Positions 18,803-27,922 of a stretch of 64,000 bases of DNA are shown in pieces (the first letter of the stretch is position 1; each line of letters opens with the position of its first letter). A program made the position numbers and the translations under genes. The notes beneath the pieces are model-generated. The model ran no database searches, was not told the DNA's origin, and worked only from the letters and a program-made list of their open reading frames with translations. Source of the stretch: an uncultured Nitrospiraceae bacterium (GTDB lineage: Bacteria > Nitrospirota > Thermodesulfovibrionia > Thermodesulfovibrionales > Dissulfurispiraceae); NCBI GenBank assembly GCA_963705105.1, contig CAVPIW010000009.1, positions 192,001 through 256,000 on the forward strand, read 5' to 3'.

Positions 18803-18880
18803 CACACGATAAAGCCAAACCATCCGCAAGGGTGGGACGGAAAGCAACGAGTCTCGCAAGAGACGGCCGGGCTGCCGAAG
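18803..18880 (+). promoter_or_regulatory. Cyclic di-GMP-I (GEMM-I) riboswitch
   Basis: GCCAAACCATCC-GCAA-GGGTGGGACGGAAAGC...GTCTC-GCAA-GAGAC-GGCCGGGCTGCCGAA: GEMM P2/P3 architecture with GNRA loop, ~200 nt upstream of the CDS at 19080. Confidence 0.9.
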
Positions 18881-19079
18881 AAAATCTGTAATCTGTGCAT
18901 GTTCGGCCTTTCTTATCGACGGCCAACCGTTGATGGAGAGGGAAGGAGGCAGCGTCTATGACGTAGGGGGATCATGTAGGATTCACATTGGATGAGGAGT
19001 TGACGTATGGAGTCAGTGAATGACGTTTTTATGTTCAACGACACATGCATGGTAGAACTACTACCCCAGGGAGGTTGTC

Positions 19080-19859
19080 ATGAGAAGCTATCTGAAGAAT
19101 GTGTGCTGTGTCATCGCAGCAGTCATCCTCATCGCAGGGTTCGTGGCAGGGTCTGTATCGCAAGTGTATGCGCAGGCTAACCCCCGTGTCATACCGCCGA
19201 ATGCCCATGCGTACGGCATGACGTACGGCGAATGGAGCGCAGAATGGTGGAAATGGCAATTTATCTTACCCTCTGCCGGCCATCCTGCCTTCGATTTCAC
19301 TGGTGAGAACTGCGGTGCGGGACAAGAGGGCAAGGTATGGTTTCTGACAGGCGCGTTTCAGAACGAATTTCCCAACAACGAATTCTTCACAATCGTTCGT
19401 GAGTCGTGCTCCGTGCCGGCCGGCAAGGCCATCTTTTTCCCGATCATCAACAATGAATGCTCGACTTTAGAAGGTTACCCCTGGGACCTGATACTATCAG
19501 GGGAATACCAGAATGTGGACACCTGTGCGGCAAGGTTCTTCGATGGTACTGTTACAGTAGTAAAAGATCTTTCTGTCACAATAGACGGCAGGTCCTTGAA
19601 AAACCTGGAAGCCTACCGTATCCAGTCAGAGGTGTTCACATTTAGTTTGCCCGACGACAACATTCTCGGAATAGATTGCAACACAGCAAATTGTGTTGAT
19701 CCGCTTTCGGTGTCTGATGGCTATTGGATTATGCTCGCACCTCTATCAGTGGGCAAGCATACGATCAGGTTTACCGGTAGCTTCAGATATCCAAACGACG
19801 ATCTAAACTTTGGTTTGGATGTTACGTATGTGCTGACTGTAGTCGGAGGCATGAAGTAG
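19080..19859 (+). CDS. Secreted Cys-containing hypothetical protein (YGEWSAEWWKW family)
   Basis: Signal peptide; 'GQEGKVWFL.G', 'C.VPAGKAIFFPIIN.EC', 'SDGYWIML.PL..GKHTI.F'; SD GGAGG. Confidence 0.82.
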   Translation: MRSYLKNVCCVIAAVILIAGFVAGSVSQVYAQANPRVIPPNAHAYGMTYGEWSAEWWKWQFILPSAGHPAFDFTGENCGAGQEGKVWFLTGAFQNEFPNNEFFTIVRESCSVPAGKAIFFPIINNECSTLEGYPWDLILSGEYQNVDTCAARFFDGTVTVVKDLSVTIDGRSLKNLEAYRIQSEVFTFSLPDDNILGIDCNTANCVDPLSVSDGYWIMLAPLSVGKHTIRFTGSFRYPNDDLNFGLDVTYVLTVVGGMK

Positions 19860-19907
19860 TCAGGTGCGAGGTGACTCCGCAAGAGTTCTGATCGAGCCCC
19901 CCAATAA

Positions 19908-19933
19908 GGCTCCCCGCCGGGAGGCGGGGAGCC
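19908..19933. terminator. Strong GC hairpin downstream of the 19080 gene
   Basis: GGCTCCCCGCC-GGGA-GGCGGGGAGCC perfect 11-bp stem; no U tract on the + strand. Confidence 0.45.
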
Positions 19934-20020
19934 GGGGAATACTGAAACAGAGATGTCTTAGAACATGCCCGGCCTTTCTTGTTGACAGAAACGCTGTCGA
20001 TCCAGAAGAAAGGAAGTAGT

Positions 20021-20550
20021 TGATAACGTTCAGGACATCGTTTACTCAAAGAATGGTCACGACATCGTTTATCGCTTTGATCGGATGTATTTTACGATGT
20101 CGTGACTCATCACCAGTTATCGCATTTGATAGTTGTATTCTTCAACCTGGATCTTATCCAGAAAGAGTTTTAATTTTTGCTCTTTGACATCGACAGTAGC
20201 CACGACGTATTCATATTGGGTTTCCGGAGGAGCGGGAAACATTTCCCCAAAAATGTTCAGCCGGCAATCACTTCGGATGAATCGGACGAAGTGGTAGTAA
20301 CCCTCTTCTGGCTTATCCAAGGGGTGCCTGGGGACATCCCTCTTACTCGGGAAGATCAACTTCCTTCGTGTGTCAGTCAAGGCTTTGAGAGGAGTTTTCC
20401 CCTTGATCTTACTATAGCGATACGTGCTGTTATGCCTATGCTCGAACACCAGCGACTCCTGTCGAAGCTGATCCCCGGAGGCCATCTTTACTTTGGCGAG
20501 AAACTTCTGCCCATAGTGGTCATTGAATTTTTCAACGACGCCGTTGCGCC
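20021..20550 (-). mobile_element. IS481-like (integrase-core DDE) element remnant: transposase C-terminus and right end
   Basis: In frame with 20117-20485: 'RNGVVEKFNDHYGQKFL...HNSTYRYSKIKGKTP'; end motif GTAAACGATGTCCTGAAC with repeated ACGATGTC subterminal boxes; N-terminus absent. Confidence 0.7.
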
Positions 20551-20583
20551 GTCCCTCCCCACACCACTACCATGCGGGTCCGC
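20551..20583 (-). mobile_element. Short remnant of group II intron domain V/VI
   Basis: Minus GCGGACCCGCATGGTAGTGGTGTGGGGAGGGAC resembles the 3' half of a class C DV; the strand carrying the catalytic triad is missing. Confidence 0.5.
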
Positions 20584-20796
20584 CGACATTGCAATGTTAC
20601 GACCGGAAATCGTGCGTCGGAGCTGATCGCCAGCTTCGAGTGTTAGCGGCTTAACCACGCGTTCACAGCCTGACTGGAAAAGCATTAGTTCGGATCAACT
20701 CCGCAGCGTTATTGAGTTCCCGCCGCACGCGGACTTCTGTGAGAAAATCACTGTCTCTTCATCGCAGAGGGGAAGTAATAAGCCGCAGACATTCGA

Positions 20797-21231
20797 TCAG
20801 CCGACGAGGGGATTGCGGACCTGCAGATCAGGAAAGCGGCCGAAGTCCCTGTCGGCCGTCCACAACTCGGTGACGCCGTGGTGCTTGCATAGAGCGGCAA
20901 CGCGCGTATCGTGAACTTGAGGTCCACAGATCCTCCCGGTTTGAAGAAGGGACCGCAATTGTTGCCAGTAGTCCTCGGATTCCGAGAGAAGCAGAAGGCT
21001 TGGGGATTCCAGCCAGGCGTCAACCTGCGATACGGCAATCTCTATAGGAGTCGGCGGATCGTAGATCCTTGGGTGTGTCACGATAGCAAGAAATTCATGG
21101 ATGCACGGCCATGGTATCGCCCACGGCGCCTGTCCTTCGGCCAGTTCGGAAATGCGGGCATAGGCCGCATCGTGCCATGGAGAGTCTTCGCGATGAGCAT
21201 ACACAAGCAGGTTGGTGTCGACGGCGATCAT
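20797..21231 (-). CDS. vapC: VapC PIN-domain toxin
   Basis: 'MIAVDTNLLVYAH', 'WPCIHEFL', 'VHDTRVAALC', 'LWTADRDF.RFP'. Confidence 0.92.
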   Translation of the reverse strand: MIAVDTNLLVYAHREDSPWHDAAYARISELAEGQAPWAIPWPCIHEFLAIVTHPRIYDPPTPIEIAVSQVDAWLESPSLLLLSESEDYWQQLRSLLQTGRICGPQVHDTRVAALCKHHGVTELWTADRDFGRFPDLQVRNPLVG

Positions 21232-21473
21232 CCGCCGCGGCCCTCATAGCTCGCATCGCGAAGCCTGGCCCAGGAGGCGCCTTGAAAGTCGGGGTGCAGC
21301 CCTTTGCCTTTGAATGTCGCCTTGCGGAGTCTGAAGCGCTCACGCTGCCTGCGTTCGGAAATGACCCGCCTGAGACCGGCCTCGATAAGGGCTTTCATAG
21401 TTGTGCGCTCCTCCCTGGCCAGCTTTTGCGCTTCTTTGAAAAGGCTATCAGGTATCTGGACGGTCGTCTTCAT
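21228..21473 (-). CDS. vapB: VapB antitoxin (RHH type)
   Basis: 'MKTTVQIPDSLF.EA.KLA....TMKALIE.GLR'; ATGA overlap with vapC. Confidence 0.88.
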   Translation of the reverse strand: MKTTVQIPDSLFKEAQKLAREERTTMKALIEAGLRRVISERRQRERFRLRKATFKGKGLHPDFQGASWARLRDASYEGRGG

Positions 21474-21553
21474 ATGGTTAACAATATCGCTTTATATGGC
21501 AATATGTCAAGGATGACTGGGTGACGGATGTGCCTGTTGACAAGCGGCGCCTT

Positions 21554-21768
21554 AACCTTATCGTTGCATACGCTTTCCGGAAAGGCGGGGCGTATGCGCC
21601 GAAAACCTTGCTGCGGCGACACCTGTATCAAAAGGAAAGACGAACTATAAGCCAATGGTCGATGACACAAAGAGTGGAATCCTGAAACACGAAAATGACA
21701 ATGCGTATCGTCGCCTTCAGCAAGGCTTTGAGGCGTTTCGCCCCGCCTTTTTGTGCAACTACAGGGTT
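21554..21768 (+). repeat. Modular hairpin repeat, full copy
   Basis: AACCTTATCGTTGCA...AAAGGCGGGGCG...CGCCCCGCCTTT...TGCAACTACAGGGTT. Confidence 0.92.
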
Positions 21769-21780
21769 AACAGCACCCCA

Positions 21781-22063
21781 GGGCGTTCCGGGACATCGAG
21801 GGGCGGCAGATCTTCGGGGAGTGGCGGACCCAAGGGGCGTTGCTGACCACGTGGACCTTTCGATCCACATTAGCCTATAATGTGCGAAGCGATCGATGCT
21901 CGTCGGGCGTCTATCAGTTCAGACCGTAAGAGTGAAAGATGAAACGACCTTCCCGAATCTACCCGGCGGAGGACTTCAGATCAAGTCCGATAACGACCTT
22001 CAGGGCAGCGGCCGTTGAGATAGCCCGGCATACGCCTTGTACCACACTGAAAAAGCAAGATTC
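21781..22063 (+). pseudogene. Degenerate, internally deleted duplicate of the promoter and gene at 13662-14297
   Basis: Matches ~13662-13828 (GTGGCGGACCCAAGGGGCG, TTAGCCTATAATGTGCGAAGCGATCGA, GAGTGAAAGATGAA) fused to ~14163-14297 (TTCCCGAATCTACCC...TTCGATGTCC.TGCGGGGA). Confidence 0.85.
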
Positions 22064-22132
22064 GATGTCCCTGCGGGGACACGGGACATCGGCTGATAGC
22101 CCCTGTTTTCAGACTCCCCGTCACAGGAGCGT

Positions 22133-22738
22133 GTGATTTCTTGCATGAGAGAAGACGAAAAACTGAGACAGTTGATTGAGGAAGCGGAAAAATCGGGAGC
22201 GACAGAGCTTGCGATTATTTCGACAGGGAGCATCGCCATTGATGACGAACAGACCGTCAGGTGCCTGAAACCGCGATGTGAGAATTACGGGCTGTCAAAG
22301 AGCTGCCCTCCTCACGTGCCGGGAATTTCCGTGTTCAGGAAAAAACTTGAGGACTTCAGTCAGGCGCTCTTCGTGAGAATCGACGTTCCCCCTGAAGTGC
22401 TGTATTCCAGCGACGGCAGGCAGGTCTTTCAACTGCTCCATGAAGTGGTATCCGGCATCGAAAGGAATGCCGTCACCATGGGATTTACAGGCGCACAGGC
22501 GTACGCGGGAGGTTCGTGCAAGAAGATCTTTTGTCATGACCATCCTGAATGCCGGGCCCTTTCGGAGGACGGAGAATGCAGGAATCCTGAATACGCAAGA
22601 CCATCCATGTCGGGATTCGGGATCAGTGTGGCAAAGCTCTATGAGACCGCCGGGTGGACCATGGGAGAAGCGACTCATGACGTCGCGTCAAAGGGAGAAA
22701 AAACGGCAAGCGTGTGCGGCCTGGTGTTGATCTTTTGA
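22133..22738 (+). CDS. DUF2284 predicted metal-binding protein
   Basis: 'C..PRC.NYG...SCPP', 'GGSCK..FC...C......C....ARPSMSG.GI.V', C-terminal 'GLVLI'. Confidence 0.85.
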   Translation: MISCMREDEKLRQLIEEAEKSGATELAIISTGSIAIDDEQTVRCLKPRCENYGLSKSCPPHVPGISVFRKKLEDFSQALFVRIDVPPEVLYSSDGRQVFQLLHEVVSGIERNAVTMGFTGAQAYAGGSCKKIFCHDHPECRALSEDGECRNPEYARPSMSGFGISVAKLYETAGWTMGEATHDVASKGEKTASVCGLVLIF

Positions 22739-22916
22739 CCTTCTTTCCGGCAAAAGCAAGGTTCTTCGCAGAAATCATCAGCACCCGGCAGCATTAGCCC
22801 TCTCTGCCCCCGCATGCGGAGAGCACTCCCCCGGACGCAAGGGCGTAAGAGGGATGATCCTTGGCTATTCTCTCCCTGAAATGCTGTCGATTGGTACCGT
22901 GGTCCCGCCCGATTTT

Positions 22917-23113
22917 ACCTTATCGTTGCAATACACTTCCGGGAAAGGCGGGGCGTATGCGCCGAAAACCTTGCTGCGGCGACACCATAACCGTCCCATG
23001 AGGATCATTTCAGGCCGACGGTTAAAGAAGTGAATCTTATACTGACACTCACACTGACACTGACACTGTTTTTCAGAGCGTTTCGCCCCGCCTTACTACG
23101 CAACTGCAAGGTT
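22917..23113 (+). repeat. Modular hairpin repeat, mosaic copy with (ACACTG/ACACTC)n tract
   Basis: ACCTTATCGTTGCA...AAAGGCGGGGCG...ACTGACACTCACACTGACACTGACACTG...CGCCCCGCCTT...GCAACTGCAAGGTT. Confidence 0.88.
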
Positions 23114-24447
23114 TATCTTCTTCCCGCTCCGGCAACCAGCCTGTTCGTTTCCATGCGGCAGCTCTGCTCAAAGTCGTCCCTGCGGAGATACCGTCCCGCG
23201 CTGACGGACAACAGGCTCCCCAGTCCCGTGCGGGGGCGTATGATCCTCTTATAGATGGAGCGCAGGGAGTTGAATTTCCTGTACGCATAAATATACCCAT
23301 CAAAGAGCTGTTCTCCCGTCAGTTTCGGATGACTGATGACCACCCGGTTACAGTCATACATATCCCACCGCTCGGTAAGCAGACGGCCCTCAGCCTTGTA
23401 TCGCTCATGAAGCTTGGTTCCCGGTAAGGGGGTGAGAATGTAAAAGTTGGCCAACTCCAGCTTGTTCTTTATCGCAAAATCCACGGTGCGGTCGAAGGCG
23501 GTCTCGTCGTCGTTGTCGAGTCCGAAGATGAAGGAACCGACAAGGTTCACTCCGGCCTTATGCAATATGTCGAAGGCCTCCTCAAACTCGATGGCCTTCC
23601 TGTTCCAGGCCTTGCCCACGTCCGCGAGGTTCTCGGCAGACGGTGATTCAACGCCTATGAACAGCCACCGTAGTCCGGCCCTGATCGCAAGTTTCAGAAG
23701 TTTGGGATTCCTGGCGAGGGTTATGTCTCCCTGGGCGCCGAAGGTCTTCTTCAACGGTATCATCGCTTCAAAAAGCTCCTCTGCGTGCCTGCGGTGCCCG
23801 TATATGTTGTCATCCACAAACTGGATGAAGTCGCCCCTGAGCTGTCTGACCTCCTCAATGACTTCCTCCACTGGTCTCGTCCTGATCCTGCCGCCCCAGA
23901 AGCTCGTCACGGAACAGAAGGCGCAGTCGTGAGGGCACCCCCGTGTGGTCATCACGACGTTCTGCATGGTGTATCCACCAGGCTTCAGAAGATCGCGCCT
24001 GGGGGTGGGAAGCCCGGCGAGGTCATGGAATGATTCCGTCGAATAGATGCTCTGCGTCGTTCCTGACTTGAAGTCCTTCAGGAAACGGGGCCAGCTCACC
24101 TCAGCCTCGCCCACGACCACGGTATCGGCGTGCGCGCCGGCCTCCTCGGGGAAAAGAGATGCGTGGATTCCGCCTATCACGACACAGACTCCTCGCTTGC
24201 GGAACTCGTCACCTATCTGATATGCCCTGAAGGCTGTGGACGTCATGGTTGTAATTCCCACCAGGTCGGCCTGAGCGTCGAAATCGATATCTTCGATGTT
24301 TTCATCGATGATGCGCACCTCGAAATCGCCGTCCGCGTAACCCGCAAGAAGGGGCAGGTTGATCTGGGCCATTGACGAGCGCGTTCGACGTTTCGACCCG
24401 AAACGGTTTTTATCGGGCGAGGGATGGATAAGGAATAGCTTCAGCAT
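23113..24447 (-). CDS. B12-binding radical SAM protein
   Basis: 'VVIGGIHAS..PEEA..HAD.VVVGEAE', 'TRGCPHDCAFC', 'FVDDN', 'FIFGLDND'; start 24447 or 24492. Confidence 0.9.
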   Translation of the reverse strand: MLKLFLIHPSPDKNRFGSKRRTRSSMAQINLPLLAGYADGDFEVRIIDENIEDIDFDAQADLVGITTMTSTAFRAYQIGDEFRKRGVCVVIGGIHASLFPEEAGAHADTVVVGEAEVSWPRFLKDFKSGTTQSIYSTESFHDLAGLPTPRRDLLKPGGYTMQNVVMTTRGCPHDCAFCSVTSFWGGRIRTRPVEEVIEEVRQLRGDFIQFVDDNIYGHRRHAEELFEAMIPLKKTFGAQGDITLARNPKLLKLAIRAGLRWLFIGVESPSAENLADVGKAWNRKAIEFEEAFDILHKAGVNLVGSFIFGLDNDDETAFDRTVDFAIKNKLELANFYILTPLPGTKLHERYKAEGRLLTERWDMYDCNRVVISHPKLTGEQLFDGYIYAYRKFNSLRSIYKRIIRPRTGLGSLLSVSAGRYLRRDDFEQSCRMETNRLVAGAGRR

Positions 24448-24457
24448 CCTGGAAGTG

Positions 24458-24817
24458 TTACACGTAGGCAATGGCGATCTCGTATGCAACATGGGCCGGA
24501 CAGGCTTTCGGCTCTACGCCATAGCAATCGAGTTCTCCCGTTCCGGCACAACTGCGGCTTCCGATCATCTCTGTGATGAGCCGGCTCATATCGAACCCTC
24601 CGTTGACACAGTGCTTCGACAAGCAACTCATCTTGAAAAAGGCGAAGCTGGAGGGATGGAACCAGCGATTCCTTACGACCGATCTGATGCCGCGCTGCCA
24701 GTGGGTCATCGTGACGATAATCTTTTCAACCTCAGGAAACTTGTCAGCCAAAGTGCCTGCCTCGCGCTCCTCCTGGATCCATGCCTGCCTTGCCTCTGAA
24801 TGCCTGCTGTTGATCAT
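24458..24817 (-). CDS. Hypothetical Cys-rich protein downstream of the cold-shock gene
   Basis: SD GGAGG before ATG 24817; 'FKMSCLSKHCVNGGFD...GELDC......C..H.AYEI.I.Y'. Confidence 0.7.
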   Translation of the reverse strand: MINSRHSEARQAWIQEEREAGTLADKFPEVEKIIVTMTHWQRGIRSVVRNRWFHPSSFAFFKMSCLSKHCVNGGFDMSRLITEMIGSRSCAGTGELDCYGVEPKACPAHVAYEIAIAYV

Positions 24818-24872
24818 GGTTGCCCTCCGGAAGAGAAGGCCCCTCCCGAGGAAGGGCCTTGTTGTGGGGTGA

Positions 24873-25073
24873 TTAGAGTTTGACGACGTTCGTAGCTTTG
24901 GGGCCTTTCGGACCCTTTTCGATGTCGAAGCTGACCTTGTCACCCTCGGCGAGGCTCTTAAAGCCACTGCCCTGGATGGACGTATGGTGGACAAAAACAT
25001 CAGTCTGATCTTCACTGGTGATGAAGCCGAAACCCTTGCTGTCGTTAAACCACTTCACAGTTCCTTGCGGCAT
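24873..25073 (-). CDS. cspA: Cold-shock protein
   Basis: '[15 protein letters not shown]', 'DVFVH', 'GFKSL.EG..VSF...G.KGP.A.NV'. Confidence 0.95.
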   Translation of the reverse strand: MPQGTVKWFNDSKGFGFITSEDQTDVFVHHTSIQGSGFKSLAEGDKVSFDIEKGPKGPKATNVVKL

Positions 25074-25136
25074 GTTGGTTATCTCCTTTTCTTAAACTAA
25101 AATCTCAGAAGCAGCAAACAAAAAAGGGCCACCATA

Positions 25137-26471
25137 TTAAAAGTTTTGTGGCCCGTTATGAACGCAAAAACTCTCCCGCGCCGGCAGTGTCGTGTTCGTC
25201 CTGAGGACCCACTTGCCGTCATACCGTCCCTCCGCCTTGATCTTGTCCTCATCGATCCCGAACCTCTGCCCCGTCGCCTTGAGGTACTTCCGGTACCCCT
25301 TGTTGCCCACCAATGTCTTGTGTCCCTGCTGCAGTTTGTCCCGCAGGGAGGCAACGATACTCTGCCGGTCAAGAGCGTCTTTCTTGGCCTGATCCTCGTT
25401 GTAACAGACGACGTACCGTCTGTCGTCAACACGCACGTCCTTGACTTTCAGCGGTGAGGGCGCTTTGCTGTCCGCACCCTTGGGATACACTTCCTCATAC
25501 CTGCCCGCCCGGCTGAGCACCTCCTGGGTGACCTCTTTCTGTCTCCTCATCCGGGCGCCCAGGATGTACGGGACCTCCCCCGTCTGCAACTCCTTGACCG
25601 TCGCCGCGCTGATCATCCCCCGGTCCGCCACGACACAGACCCGCTGGATCCCAAACCGCTTGCGTAATCTCTCGGTGACGGGAAGAAGGCTCTTGACGTC
25701 CGTCGTGTTGCCCGGCCACAACTCACAGCACAACGGCCGACCCGCGCTGTCGATGATCACACCCACCACCATCTGCAGAAGGTCAGGCCGGTGGTCCTTG
25801 CTGTTGCCCAACTGCCCGATCTCCTCTCCCCCATTTCCTTCAAAATAGATGCTCGTGGTGTCAAAAAACACCAGGGTGAGATCTGTAAACAGGTCCCTCC
25901 GGCGCTCAAAGATCCCTTCTTCGATCAGGTCCTTCGTGCACCGGCAGGCAAAGGGTGTCGCCCCTTCCTGGTCGTCCTCCGGCAACTCCTCCCCTAACCA
26001 TGCCATCGCCCGGTACAGGTGGTGCAGCTCGATCCCCTCCGCCGCCTCAATCCGGTAGTCGTCCTTCCACTTGTCCGCCGCCCTGTCAGAGCCCGATGCG
26101 CTGAGCCGGTGCAGCACCGTCAGATAGATCGCCCTCTCCACGGCAAACTGATACTTCCTCTGCGACAGCACGCGGGTGATCACGTCCGGGATGCCGAGTT
26201 CCTTCCATAGTCGGCCAAACACCAGAGGCAGTCCGATCTTTTGCTGTCCCACAGACGGAACCTCTCCCTTGTCATAGGCATCAAGCAGGGCAAGCTTTTC
26301 TGAAAACCGCGCCCCCGAGCGTACGAGGCTGTCCAAAGCTCCCGATTCCCGGAGTTTATCGACACGCCCCAGGGTGGCGATGACTTTCTGGCGGACCTTG
26401 CCGTTTTCCCATCGGCTTTCAACGATCTGCAGATAGGAGCGGGGGCCGGATGGTTTGATTCTGATGAACAT
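25137..26471 (-). pseudogene. IS1634-family transposase, C-terminally truncated
   Basis: 'YLQIVES....GKVRQ.VI..LGR', 'LVFFDTTSIYFEG', 'G.SKDHRPD..Q', 'VADRGM'; lacks the 'Y..R..VE..F' segment that should follow. Confidence 0.8.
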
Positions 26472-26640
26472 GACATTAATATTATACCCATTCTAATCCC
26501 TATTGGCAAGCTTATAATGGCTATGACGTGGCACTATGTTTTGAGCTTCTTTCCAATTCCTCTCCTCATATCACCCTGTTTCTCATAGATTCTTATGTCT
26601 GATTCGGAGCGCTTTTCGGGTCCAACTGTAGAAGATGGGT
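25178..26640 (-). mobile_element. IS1634-family element, left end intact and 3' end truncated
   Basis: Left end CCCATCTTCTACAGTT at ~26639, promoter TTGCCA-17-TATAAT, transposase homology stops after 'DGKWVLRTNT.L'. Confidence 0.75.
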
Positions 26641-26817
26641 CTAAGACTTATATTTAAAAAATACCACACCCCGACTCAATTTGACAAGGAGCGATACGGA
26701 CCTGCCTGCTGCCGTCGGCACGTCAGCCAGGATCGTCGGGAGAAATGACCGGAAGAATCCGGTGCTTCCTTGATTTTGCCGCTCCCATGGGGGATAATTA
26801 TACGAGGAGGAGAAGGC

Positions 26818-27516
26818 ATGCTACAGATCATCGAGGAAAGAGACCAGGACAGGCTTCTGCAGACGGCGGGACTGAAGCTCTGCGAAAAGATCAGGGGGGC
26901 GCTGGCCGCGCGGGAGAGGGTGAATCTGGCGGTGCCGGGCGGACGAAGCGTTGCGAAGATATTCCAGGTGATGCAGCGTGAGCAGCTCGACTGGCAGCGG
27001 GTGCACTTCTTTATCATCGACGAGAGGCTGGTGCCCGTCGATCACCCCGACAGCAACTACAAGCTCCTGCAGGACAATTTCATTACACCCCTGGCTCAGG
27101 CAGGAAGGATCGCCCCCGGCAACGCCCATCCCTTCATCCTGGACCCGGCAAGCGCCGATCGCGGGGCGAAGCGCTATGAGAATGTTCTTGTCGAATACGG
27201 TTTCCGCTATGACATCATCCTCCTGAGCTCCGGCGAGGACGGCCACGTGGGCGCATTGTACCCGCACCATCATTCCGTCGAAAACAGGCACCACGGCTTC
27301 ATCGTAATGAGCGATTCTCCCAAGCCTCCTCCGGAGAGGATGACGTCATCCCTGTCGCTGATGCAGACCGCAGACGTCGCCATGATCCTCTTTACCGGCG
27401 AGGCGAAGCGTGAGGCTTATGAGAAATTCAACGATCCTGCCAGCCCCATCGCCGCCTGCCCGGCGAAGCTGGTGCTGGCGATCAGGGATGTCACAGTATG
27501 TACGGATCTGCTTTAA
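26818..27516 (+). CDS. pgl: 6-phosphogluconolactonase
   Basis: 'GGRS', 'DERLVP.DHPDSN', 'GEDGH.GAL.P', 'SPKPPPERMT'; next to zwf. Confidence 0.88.
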   Translation: MLQIIEERDQDRLLQTAGLKLCEKIRGALAARERVNLAVPGGRSVAKIFQVMQREQLDWQRVHFFIIDERLVPVDHPDSNYKLLQDNFITPLAQAGRIAPGNAHPFILDPASADRGAKRYENVLVEYGFRYDIILLSSGEDGHVGALYPHHHSVENRHHGFIVMSDSPKPPPERMTSSLSLMQTADVAMILFTGEAKREAYEKFNDPASPIAACPAKLVLAIRDVTVCTDLL

Positions 27517-27647
27517 CCGTATCGTTGCAATCACCCCTGTCAAAAATATTTTGCAGCCGGACTTTGAAAACGAGGATAGGCCTTTTCTTGGTCGCAAAAG
27601 AGAAAACCAAGAATATTCTCACGCAAAGCCGCAAAGAGCGCAAAGTA

Positions 27648-27862
27648 AACCTTATCGTTGCATACGCCTTCCGGAAAGGCGGGGCGTATGCGCCGAAAAC
27701 CTTGCTGCGGCGACACCTGTATCGAGACAATAGAAGAAATTATAAGCCAATGGTCGATGACACAAAAGATGAATTCCTGAAACACGAAGCTGACAATACG
27801 TATCGTCGCCTTCAGCAAGGCTTTGAGGCGCTTCGCCCCGCCTTTGCATGCAACTGGAAGGT
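27648..27862 (+). repeat. Modular hairpin repeat, full copy
   Basis: Near-identical to 21554-21768; preceded by a lone end (ACCGTATCGTTGCAAT, ~27515) and a CACGCAAAGCCGCAAAGAGCGCAAAG repeat. Confidence 0.92.
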
Positions 27863-27922
27863 AAAGATAAAGACCTTTACAGGGTTACCTAATTTGTCGC
27901 AAACGCAAAAGGGAGGAGCTAC

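Noticed and set aside
21655..21846. Recurrent small ORF 'MVDDTKSGILKHE.D.AYRRLQQGFEA.RPAF' inside the repeat (also at ~75, 27750, 52681)
   Set aside because: No SD, differences between copies are mostly non-synonymous, stop positions vary, and the 3' part is explained by the hairpin arm; treated as non-coding.
23030..23254. ORFs containing 'LTLTLTLTL' or 'SVSVSVSV' (also at 36029, 43174, 46367, 55206, 55279)
   Set aside because: Translations of the (ACACTG/ACACTC)n hexamer module of the intergenic repeat, not proteins.
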